Part shown: in pieces, positions 55,405 to 64,000 of the stretch
How the letters are laid out: each line of letters opens with the position of its first letter
Position numbering within the stretch: the stretch's first letter is position 1
NCBI GenBank assembly: GCA_000091205.1
Contig: AP006493.2
Origin: Cyanidioschyzon merolae
Lineage: Eukaryota
Direction: 5' to 3' (one strand)
DNA: 64,000 nt
Made by a program: the position numbers and the translations under genes
The notes under the pieces: generated by a model
Told to the model about the DNA's origin: nothing
The model's input: only the letters and a program-made list of their open reading frames with translations
The model's database searches: none

Positions 55405-58400
55405 ATGGCACCAACAACTAAGCGGAAAACCAAGTTTTCTCTGCTGGACTTGCGAGCTGAAGTTTCCGTCCTTCAGGAGCGACTTGGTTCCGGCTCTCGG
55501 GTGCTGAATGTTTACAACCTAGGCCGCAAGACGTACCTGTTAAAGTTATCAGTGCCGCCGTTAAACGCTTCAGGTCGGATACCAGCGACTGAGACTGAAG
55601 AAGCATGGGCAACTGGTGATAGCAGCTGGCGCAGGGAGTACCTGTTGATCGAGTCTGGTGTTCGCCTGCACACCACGAGGTTCACGCGTCAAGCCGCTGC
55701 TGCTGGTACGGCAGCAGCGTCGCTCGTGAGCCGCCAAAAAATTGGTACAGATGAGACTCTGGACAACTCCATCGCTACGGACCTCGCCCACATGGACTTG
55801 GATGAACGGGACCGGGAACTGCAGCTCGTACTCCAGCGACACCGAGCACTTGCAGAGCACGAGCAGCGAGCACAGTCTGGAACGGGTGCAAACGCAGAAC
55901 TTCCATCTGGTTTCACGCTCAAGCTGCGAAAGCATCTGCGAACACGGCGCCTAGCTGAAGTTACCCAACTCGGTATCGATCGCGTCGTAGACTTTCGGTT
56001 CGTGGGTGGGTCCCAATCCGCCTCTGCCTACAAGGCCAGCGCGAACGGGCAGCCTTCGCGGGCTGCGCTCGAGAACCACCTCATCGTTGAGCTGCACTCG
56101 GGCGGCAACATTATCCTCACTGACGGAGACTATCAGATTCTGGCTGTGCTCCGCGTCTTCCGAGCGGAACCAAGGCCGCTTGCAGATTCCGCAGATCAGC
56201 GGGATCCTCCGGCAACGGGACCCGGATCCCGGCGCATGCAACAACAAGACGCTGTCGTTGGTGCGCGCTACGACATCAGTCTAGCACGACAGTTTGCACC
56301 TTTGACGTACGATCGTCTACACGAGATTTTTCAAGAGTGTTACCAAAAGCGTCAGCGAAGCGGCGGAGACCAGCTTCGCGACCTCCAACGCAATCTCGGG
56401 CGAGCGCTAGGCTGGGGTCCTGAACTCATTGAACACGTGCTGCTCGAGGTAGGTGCACCATCGCCTGATCCGCTGCCAGAATACGAGCAACGACTCTATC
56501 GCGTGCTCTGTGAGGCGGCAGCATTTCTATCAGAGTCGCCTCGAGAGGGATATATATTGCTGCGTCCAGTAGCAGAGGGAGCGTCCCAGGCCTCTGGTGC
56601 TGACTCCGAGGATGTTTCAGATCGCTATTGCGAGTTCACGCCTCGTTTACTACGTCAGCACCAGCATCTGGAGCCACGAATGTTTCCGTCCTTCGACGAA
56701 GCGGTAGATGAATATTTTGCTCGAATGGAAGAACTACGGTATCGACAGGAAATTGAGAATCGACAACGGCAGGCACAGGGAACACTGGAGCGCATGCGCC
56801 GTGAGCTCGAAACGCGAGTGCTTACGCTAAAACAGCAGGAAGAGCGCTGTCTGCGAAAGGCTGCACTCATTGAGACGAATTTGGTGGATGTCGACAACGC
56901 GCTGCAGGTCATAAGAGCAGCACTAGCGTCTGGTATCGACTGGAAGGAATTGGACCAAATGCTGGTACTAGAGCGTCGTCGAGGGAACCCCGTCGCGCAG
57001 CTCATTCATTCGCTGCAGCTGCAAGAGAACCAGATGACGCTGATGCTTGCAGATGATAGCGGCAGCGTGGACAACACCGATGCGGAGACGGGGAGCTCAT
57101 CACGGCAGCGGCGTCCTGCCGAGACGCGAGACCTCTCGAACGAGGACTCAGCGAGCTCTGTAGAGAGCGCAAGCGAGGACGAGTCGGGCGACAGTACGTC
57201 CGTGTGCTCCTCCAGAGTGGAGCTCGTCCAAGTGGACCTGAGCCTAAGTGCCTTTGCTAATGCTCGACGTTATTATGAACAGCGAAAGAAAGCAGCGGAG
57301 AAGGGCACCAAAACGATGGAAGCGAGCGCTCAAGCGCTTCGGGCTGCCGAGAAGAAAGCGCTGGAAGTGCTCGCCGGCACTGCCTCGAAAAACAAGCGAA
57401 AGAAAGCAACACCCCTGAATACGTTGAAAGCAATACGGAAACCGCTATGGTTCGAGAAATTTCGCTATTTCATCACTTCAGAGAACTATCTCGTGATTGC
57501 CGGGAAAGACAGTCAACAGAATGAACAGCTCGTGCGTCGATACCTTGAGGAGAACACCGGTGACCTCTACATGCATGCGGACGTTCACGGGGCAGCAAGT
57601 GTCATTATCAAAGGCAAAAAGAATCGTCCGGCGCCCCCGCTATCGATCCAAGAAGCAGCTATCTTTGCGGCCGCCTGTAGTTCCGCATGGGACGCCAAAG
57701 TCGCTGTCAATGCCTATTGGGTATATCCGGAACAAGTTAGCCGCACTGCTCCCAGCGGTATGTATCTGCAGCAGGGTAGTTTTGTGATTCGCGGATCCCG
57801 GAACTACGTACCGGTGACGACGTCTGGATCTGGCCCGTTGGTCATGGGGTTTGGGTTCCTCTTTCGACTGGCTCCGGAGTCTGTGTGGCGTCATATTGGG
57901 GAGCGCCCTGTACGCAGCGGCCCAGACTCGCTGCAAGAGGCGCAAGCTGCTGGAGCGCCTCAAAAACAACAACAGCAAGTCGAGGGTGCTGGCGAGCGAA
58001 TCCTCGAGATCGAGTCGGACACACTGAATGCGACTCTAGGTGAAGATGCGCACATCACAAACGTGAACGGAGCAAGTCGAGCTGGTCAACATTCCGCTGC
58101 AGATACCATTACCACCGAAGCGCGAAGTCCTCTTGGTCATGATGGCGGTATGCAGGCCACCAAGGCCGCAATTGGTGTCAGGAGCCACTCAGAGGCCAAC
58201 GGAGCATGTGTTGATGCGGGCTCAGGTCTTCCAGATGTATCTCCTGATCGGCCGCAAGATACCCATGACAACGTTACGCTTCCGATCGCTAGTGATACTA
58301 CAACGAGAACGGATACGCGTAATGGAAACAGCCCAGGGACGATACCGGGCTCGCATGCTCGCACCACGCTCCAACTACCGTCGTCATCGTCGGAAACGGA

Positions 58401-59520
58401 TCCTAGCAACCAGAGCGTTCACTCTACGCACGCTCCAAAGCAAGTGGGTGTCGCTGAGACGCTTACTACCGGTATCCGCAGTGACGCTGCTGCCAAAGCA
58501 CCAGGTGAGATATCGCTGCAGCGCTCCGTGCAGGCTACAGAGGCGCGCTCCGCTGCAGCCTCTGGTGCCGAGGCATCCCGAGCGAAACCTGTTCGCGGCA
58601 AAAAGTCCAAACTTCGAAAGCTTCGGCTCAAGTATTCCGATCAAACTGAGGAAGAGCGTGAGGCAGCGCTCAGGTTACTCGGCACTACCCGAATGCGTAT
58701 TATGGAAGCACGTGATCGTGAGGGAGCGGCCACTGAGGCGCCTGCATCGAGCAGCGTGAAACAAGCCGCGGGCGTTGACCAGGGTACCAACACGACTGTA
58801 CAGCGAAATGTGAACGCTGAAGAAGCGCCTGCATCGAGCAGCGTGAAACAAGCTGCGGGCGTTGACCAGGGTACCATCGCCTCTGCTCAGGGACAGACAA
58901 GTGCTCAACGGAACGGTACGTCGGCAGCGCCCGCAACACATGCACAGGGGCACGCTTCGACTGGCAGTGCGGCTTCCGAGTTGCCCCTAGAGACGCATCG
59001 CGCTGCACGGGAAGAGACGCACTTTCAGTGGCAAAAAATAGACCAGGTGGAAGTGTCCAAGATTTTGCAAAGTGCGTCTGCCGCATTGGCGGAACACTTG
59101 AGCGAAGCGGAGCTCGCGAATCTCAGTGAGCTGGACCTGTTTACCGGGTGCCCGCACCCGGACGACGTGTTAGAGTACGCGTTACCTGTCTGTGCCCCGT
59201 ATCAGACGCTTGCCAAGTACAAATACAAGGTCAAGTTGGTTCCGGGAACCTTGAAGAAAGGCAAAGCGCTCAAGCAAGTGCTTGGGGTCGTCCAGAGCCA
59301 AGAACGCTCAGGTGCGCGTACCACAAATGCTGCGAATGCCGGGGCAGACGCTTCGGAGGTGGCCCAAGGAGCAGCTGCAACTGCGAGAGAGCTTGAACTT
59401 ATTCAGGCGGTGGATGAGACTGTGCTCGTGCAGCAAATGTTGGGAAATGTCCGTGTGCTTGCTCCTGGTCTCCAGGAGAGTCAACGCAAGAAACGAACGC
59501 AGAAGAAAAGCCGCGGGTAA
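55405..59520 (+). CDS. NEMF/Rqc2/Tae2 ribosome quality control complex subunit (NFACT-N, NFACT-R/DUF814), with a long disordered Ser/Thr/Ala-rich insertion
   Basis: N-terminal FbpA/NFACT-N (YLLKLSVPP...LLIESGVRLHTT). DUF814 core FRYFITSENYLVIAGKDSQQNEQLVRRYLEENTGDLYMHADVHGAASVIIKG. C-terminal NFACT-C with a basic tail. Confidence 0.85.
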   Translation: MAPTTKRKTKFSLLDLRAEVSVLQERLGSGSRVLNVYNLGRKTYLLKLSVPPLNASGRIPATETEEAWATGDSSWRREYLLIESGVRLHTTRFTRQAAAAGTAAASLVSRQKIGTDETLDNSIATDLAHMDLDERDRELQLVLQRHRALAEHEQRAQSGTGANAELPSGFTLKLRKHLRTRRLAEVTQLGIDRVVDFRFVGGSQSASAYKASANGQPSRAALENHLIVELHSGGNIILTDGDYQILAVLRVFRAEPRPLADSADQRDPPATGPGSRRMQQQDAVVGARYDISLARQFAPLTYDRLHEIFQECYQKRQRSGGDQLRDLQRNLGRALGWGPELIEHVLLEVGAPSPDPLPEYEQRLYRVLCEAAAFLSESPREGYILLRPVAEGASQASGADSEDVSDRYCEFTPRLLRQHQHLEPRMFPSFDEAVDEYFARMEELRYRQEIENRQRQAQGTLERMRRELETRVLTLKQQEERCLRKAALIETNLVDVDNALQVIRAALASGIDWKELDQMLVLERRRGNPVAQLIHSLQLQENQMTLMLADDSGSVDNTDAETGSSSRQRRPAETRDLSNEDSASSVESASEDESGDSTSVCSSRVELVQVDLSLSAFANARRYYEQRKKAAEKGTKTMEASAQALRAAEKKALEVLAGTASKNKRKKATPLNTLKAIRKPLWFEKFRYFITSENYLVIAGKDSQQNEQLVRRYLEENTGDLYMHADVHGAASVIIKGKKNRPAPPLSIQEAAIFAAACSSAWDAKVAVNAYWVYPEQVSRTAPSGMYLQQGSFVIRGSRNYVPVTTSGSGPLVMGFGFLFRLAPESVWRHIGERPVRSGPDSLQEAQAAGAPQKQQQQVEGAGERILEIESDTLNATLGEDAHITNVNGASRAGQHSAADTITTEARSPLGHDGGMQATKAAIGVRSHSEANGACVDAGSGLPDVSPDRPQDTHDNVTLPIASDTTTRTDTRNGNSPGTIPGSHARTTLQLPSSSSETDPSNQSVHSTHAPKQVGVAETLTTGIRSDAAAKAPGEISLQRSVQATEARSAAASGAEASRAKPVRGKKSKLRKLRLKYSDQTEEEREAALRLLGTTRMRIMEARDREGAATEAPASSSVKQAAGVDQGTNTTVQRNVNAEEAPASSSVKQAAGVDQGTIASAQGQTSAQRNGTSAAPATHAQGHASTGSAASELPLETHRAAREETHFQWQKIDQVEVSKILQSASAALAEHLSEAELANLSELDLFTGCPHPDDVLEYALPVCAPYQTLAKYKYKVKLVPGTLKKGKALKQVLGVVQSQERSGARTTNAANAGADASEVAQGAAATARELELIQAVDETVLVQQMLGNVRVLAPGLQESQRKKRTQKKSRG
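58735..58908. repeat. In-frame 87-bp tandem duplication inside the NEMF coding sequence (EAPASSSVKQAAGVDQGT... x2)
   Basis: gcgcctgcatcgagcagcgtgaaacaagc(c/t)gcgggcgttgaccagggtacca is repeated with period 87. Confidence 0.85.
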
Positions 59521-60087
59521 AGTTTTTATGCGGAGCACTGCACGAACCTGGTGAGATGCACATCTCGATATGCAGCGTATCACAATCGCGTTCAACTAGC
59601 TCGTCTACGTCAAGGGCTGGATTTCCATAGCGCAGAACGATCCCAGTGATGAACTATAGGCAACGGGAGCCATTTCCCATTTACAGGAACGTACTGGGCG
59701 TGTTGAGAAGAATGCTGTCGATGCGGCTCTTGGTTCAATACTGGTGGCATTCGGCGGCAAGATCCTTTGGAAATGGCACGGGCATTCAAATGCCCAATGA
59801 GCACGGACGTATCGCCTTTACGAGTGCGTCATCCGAGCGAAGCCGCCACCGCTAATCAGTGTCGTTCATGGACTCTAGCTGCACCAGTAGAAGCAGCTGC
59901 CCAGCGCTTCGCAAATTAGCAACGAAATACCTTTGTGCTTTCCGCTCGGAACAGCGCACATTTAAAGACTAGACAAGTCGCATAAACACGAACAATAACG
60001 AGTCATCGCTGAGAAACTGCGGATCGCTCACGAAAAAAAAAACATGAACGCATCGATGTTCCAGTTCAGCTCCTGACTGGTTTCTTG

Positions 60088-61242
60088 TTACGGCGCCCGA
60101 AACAATGCCTCACCCGTACGAACCAAGGCACCGGGTTGCACCAGAAAACCAACATCTCTGCCTGTATGCCCAGACGTGGAATCGTCTCGAACCATTGCCG
60201 CAGCCTCGAAGAGCAACACGATACAAGATCCTTGTCGAAAGCCGCCCATTTCGTCACCTGGTTGCAAGCGGACTGGCCAACGATACGTCATATCGCGCCG
60301 GTAGTTCAGCGGATACTCGTGGCAATTCGTCACCAAGTCCTCGTCAAAGTGCAGATAGATATCGCCGTTTCCAAAAGCCGCAACAGCAACCATGCCGAAA
60401 AAGCCATCAGTCCATTCGCCAACAAGGCAGACGCGCTCGTTCACGGTGAACAACGACCCTAGTCTTCGCAGGATGCGCGGTGTTCCTGGTAAAAGCTGGC
60501 CAACGACGTGCCGCCGCAGCTCAATATCCCACCGTGCAGGTGAATGGAAGCGATGATAGCCACCAGCGGGCAAATGGAAAACTGCATAATAGAGCGCCTT
60601 GGCCTCGGTATCCGGTTGGATTGCGGTATGGTTACTCTTCATGCTCATTGTTTTGCTGTTGAGCTCAGTGCTGCCGCGAGTTCGTGACAAACCTAGGGTT
60701 TCGGTAGTGGCAACCTCTACCATGATGGGTCCTCGTACCAAAGGATCCCGTTCATCCGTGGAGTCCAGCAAGGCTCTCATAGATAGACGAATGCCCTTGA
60801 TGGGTTGAAGCAGAGCCCCGCTCTCTACCTGGCCACAGGAGAGCAAGCGACCATCGCAGGGCGCTACGAGGCTCGCTTTCGAGTCGATAGGTCTCGCTGA
60901 TGGCTTCAGCTGTCGCTGCTGGAAAGCGGCCAGTGTTGGAAACGTCTCCAAGGGATCACGTATGTCATCTAGCTGACAGGCAGGTAAACACGCACAGTAC
61001 GTGGAGAGCAAGGTTCGTCGAGTTGCCTTTGGTAAGTAGACGCGACTCACGGCACCTAGCGCACGGGAGAGAAGACGTAGCGGCAGGGTTTCGAGAGCAG
61101 TGCGAGCCCAAGGCGCAGCCTGCCTGGTAGCAGGCGTTCCGTACAAGTCCGCTGAGCGTTCAAAGGAAACAGTCTGGTGAGCAAGCAAGCCGGTCACTGT
61201 GCCTGAAGCCACTATGGTCCACAGCGTTCGTTGACGGACCAT
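60088..61242 (-). CDS. PSD: Phosphatidylserine decarboxylase proenzyme, mitochondrial type
   Basis: FHLPAGGYHRFHSPARW (the PSD YHRFHSP motif). C-terminal LGSLFTV region that contains the GST autocleavage site. N-terminal presequence and transmembrane segment. Confidence 0.8.
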   Translation of the reverse strand: MVRQRTLWTIVASGTVTGLLAHQTVSFERSADLYGTPATRQAAPWARTALETLPLRLLSRALGAVSRVYLPKATRRTLLSTYCACLPACQLDDIRDPLETFPTLAAFQQRQLKPSARPIDSKASLVAPCDGRLLSCGQVESGALLQPIKGIRLSMRALLDSTDERDPLVRGPIMVEVATTETLGLSRTRGSTELNSKTMSMKSNHTAIQPDTEAKALYYAVFHLPAGGYHRFHSPARWDIELRRHVVGQLLPGTPRILRRLGSLFTVNERVCLVGEWTDGFFGMVAVAAFGNGDIYLHFDEDLVTNCHEYPLNYRRDMTYRWPVRLQPGDEMGGFRQGSCIVLLFEAAAMVRDDSTSGHTGRDVGFLVQPGALVRTGEALFRAP

Positions 61243-61934
61243 GAGTCTAGCGCACTCTTTGTAGCGTGCTCAAACTCCATAGAGCCTGGCTGTTTCAAGA
61301 GCGTCGGCGAGTTCGTATTGGAGCTGCTTCAGGCAACGGAAGCAGGAGCGAATCTATTCTCGCACAGTGCAAAGTGCCGCTTTGTGAGAAGCGTACGAGA
61401 GAATCGTCGACGCTGTGCGCGGTGGGCGCCACTGGATAGGGCGAACAGATGATTTGGTCTTGTCAGAGGCAGTTCTCGAACGTCAAGATCGTCGTCACTG
61501 ATGTAGACGAGCAATATCCCGACAGATACAATACCAGCGCAAGACGATGATGTCTAGTGGGAGACGATATCGGGTGACGTCATCATAAACTTGTTTAAAA
61601 GAGGTTGTCGTGCACGAAGCGTTGTTCATACAGCATCTGTGCGAGACGTCCTACTGTGGCGCTCTGCAGAGCACAGGTGCACTTGTACCGTCGTTGTGTT
61701 TCCAGCAGCGAATTCCGGAGCACTTGTGCCAGCACACTCGTTTTACTTCTTGTTCAGTTCTCCTACCGACATTCAAGAGAAGGAATGTCTCCGATAGATT
61801 GGAGAGAGGTCACGGAAGGATTTGATGCTGTTCGAGTTTGCTTGGGAGAAACGATCACCTCTGTTCAAGTCGGTTATTCTACGTACAACGCATGGTTCCA
61901 TTACCATTCATGAAGTTCTTATGCTGAACCGCGT

Positions 61935-62366
61935 ATGCCCGAGTCAGAACCTATCAAAGACCGTCGACATGGCTGTCTTGTGGTCAATATAATTCGCCGC
62001 ATGCGTTCACTAAGAAATACGATCAAAGAAGGCACAGGATGTGAAGTTTCCGTTCCGTTGATGCAAACGTCGATGAAGAGCCGCGGGTTGTCGACGAATC
62101 AAGCACGATTGTATGAAATACCGTCGCGCGTTGAACAGTACTCTGTCGATCTCGTCATGAGACAGGAACGCTTATTACAGAAGGAACAGCTTCCGTTTCA
62201 CTCGATGGGACTTTATCCAGAAGAAATGGTAGACATGGACATGGGTACTCAAAGAGCGGCAGCACGCTGCTCGAAGAGACGAGGCAATCGAGGATTCCGA
62301 CGACATCTGCACGAGCTGCGATGCGATCGTGTGGTCGCCTCCAAGTCGCCAAAAGAACAGGATTGA
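61935..62366 (+). CDS. Hypothetical small basic protein, doubtful
   Basis: 143-aa ORF in an AT-shifted intergenic block with no recognisable domain. Confidence 0.15.
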   Translation: MPESEPIKDRRHGCLVVNIIRRMRSLRNTIKEGTGCEVSVPLMQTSMKSRGLSTNQARLYEIPSRVEQYSVDLVMRQERLLQKEQLPFHSMGLYPEEMVDMDMGTQRAAARCSKRRGNRGFRRHLHELRCDRVVASKSPKEQD

Positions 62367-64000
62367 TCGAGGCCTTGTCGTTCCTCGAAGAACTCCTCGT
62401 GGCATGCCCTTCCCATATTCTTCCGTCTAGCGCTTAGACATCGTCGCGTTCCATCACTAAAAAACGATAAGAGAGCAAGCGACTGAGATTGACGCTGAGC
62501 TGCGCTTTTTGCTAGTTTATGTTCCCTGGTTTATTCGAGTCGGAGCTTGTTTTAGGTTGCCATTCACCATTTCATGATCATTTTTTGATAACACCTCTAC
62601 GCAGACCAGGGACCGTCGACTGCGCTTTTGATGGCAAAGCGCTGTGAGGCATGCTCACTTGCAACTAGCTTCAGATTCCACCGCCCATACGTGCCCTCGG
62701 AGCATCTAGTTATGCTCCGCGTCCTATCATGCACCTTGCCTGCGGCGAGCGTCCGCAACAGCGCCCACTGCGCCACTGCGGATGCAACACGAAGATAGAA
62801 CGCCTTTGCCATACCACGAAGGGCGTCGACTCGAGTTTTTACGCTCATGGTCGATTAGAAAAGTCGTTCGCATTTGTGACATGGCTCTTCGACAACTCGT
62901 TTCTAAACAATAAAATCGTTCAGTTTTGCTACCAGTGTGCTGCTCTATCGCTCCTTTGTCCGTTACGGGATAGGGCGGAAAGCCACGCTTCAGTACAGGG
63001 GCCTCCTCGCGATGCAGAAGATACAGAAAATATGCGTTAGGGAGCGAAGATCCATGCATAGAAAAGGCGAGTTTTCTTGCCACCGTCCACCGACGTTCGC
63101 CTGAATCACTAGGAAAAACAGTACCTCGTATAGCGACCGTGTTCATGGCATCCTGCTGAGTCAATGAAAAGGCGATAGAGCTGGCCTCTGCGAGCAAGTA
63201 TGAAGCACTCGAGCAAGTTGTGAAGAGCAGTTGTGGCGTTCGTTCAAGTTTCTCACTTATTTTGTATGAACCGATCAACAGGACCTGTTTTCAAACGCTC
63301 AAGGCAATGGAGAGAAGGATTTCGTCGTGAGCATGGATCCCCGTTTGATTGATACCGTGGCAGTTGCCGTCCTTCGAGATCAAGAAGACGGAGTCGCCGG
63401 CCTGAACGGGATGCAGATGAAGCCACTGGAGTTTCCCAAGGCCGGGGATCATCGGGATTCGCGCATCGCCGACTCTATGAAGCATATCCAAACGTCGAAT
63501 GAGGGCGTCAGACCCATGTCGACGCTCCCAACACGATATAGACCAACGGGACACGCTCTGTACGATTCAGAGAGTACGCAAGGGTCCAAAAGCTTCAAGC
63601 GGCCTATCTTTGGCAGGAATGTATCAGAACGTGCTGGGGTTGACAGCGGTTTCGGTCGCGCGTACACAAGAAGCAAGGTGATCGACGACTTGTTTTGCGG
63701 GCTGGATGAGAATATGGCCGAGAATCCGGATCGCTTTGTGGTAGCGTCTGGAGCTGAATGTGCCGCATCCGGCAAATTCTGGCCACTTGCTCTTTCTCGA
63801 AGTGAGTGTAGAAACGTTCTGGTGCCTATGCCGTACAGTTCCCATTGATTAGTCCAAGACGAGATACACGCATCTTGAGCACGTGTCCATTCTGAAACTG
63901 GTAGAAAAGATGAGAATGAAACAGCGACGGATGCACGAGATGATGCAAGGTAAACCCACCGAACGTCATTTAAAGAGACAATGGAAGCCAGGAGGCTCAC

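Noticed and set aside
1-64000. Searched for a prokaryotic-style defence island, operon or toxin-antitoxin system
   Set aside because: Gene content is eukaryotic: mitochondrial presequences, PCNA-ligase, NEMF, ENSA, CAF1 and condensin-like genes. Genes are monocistronic on alternating strands with kb-scale spacers.

Overview
GC-rich (~55-60%), gene-dense eukaryotic nuclear DNA. Long housekeeping genes sit on both strands as single uninterrupted ORFs, so the genome looks intron-poor. There are no prokaryotic operons, CRISPR arrays or rRNA genes, and I could not confirm any tRNA gene by eye. The lineage is a guess: an intron-poor protist or alga such as a Cyanidioschyzon-like red alga or a stramenopile (low confidence).

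Genes recognised from conserved motifs:
- PAM2-bearing low-complexity protein, 5' end cut by the window edge
- mitochondrial tRNA-modification GTPase MnmE/MSS1 (GTPBP3-like)
- membrane-anchored staphylococcal-nuclease-like protein
- type II membrane glycosyltransferase with a DXD motif
- mitochondrial translation initiation factor IF-2
- divergent pair of paralogous secreted cysteine-rich CAP/SCP-like proteins with a Thr/Pro-rich linker
- argininosuccinate lyase
- ~1860-aa HEAT/ARM-repeat protein (condensin D-subunit or Scc2-like)
- ATP-dependent DNA ligase I (KYDGER active site)
- MFS transporter
- double-domain TauE/SafE membrane protein
- endosulfine/ARPP-19-like protein
- PARN/TOE1-like CAF1 deadenylase with a CCCH zinc finger
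- NEMF/Rqc2 (NFACT) ribosome quality control factor
- phosphatidylserine decarboxylase

Non-genic structure:
- A near-identical ~1.35-kb inverted repeat pair brackets a 6.25-kb segment that carries MnmE, the nuclease-like gene and two unknown ORFs.
- A second ~300-bp dispersed repeat family has two direct copies in intergenic DNA.
- Several microsatellites are present, including a (GCGT)~23 tract immediately upstream of DNA ligase I, and two tandem duplications.

The candidate novel system is the inverted-repeat-bracketed module. It may be an invertible or mobilisable segment.
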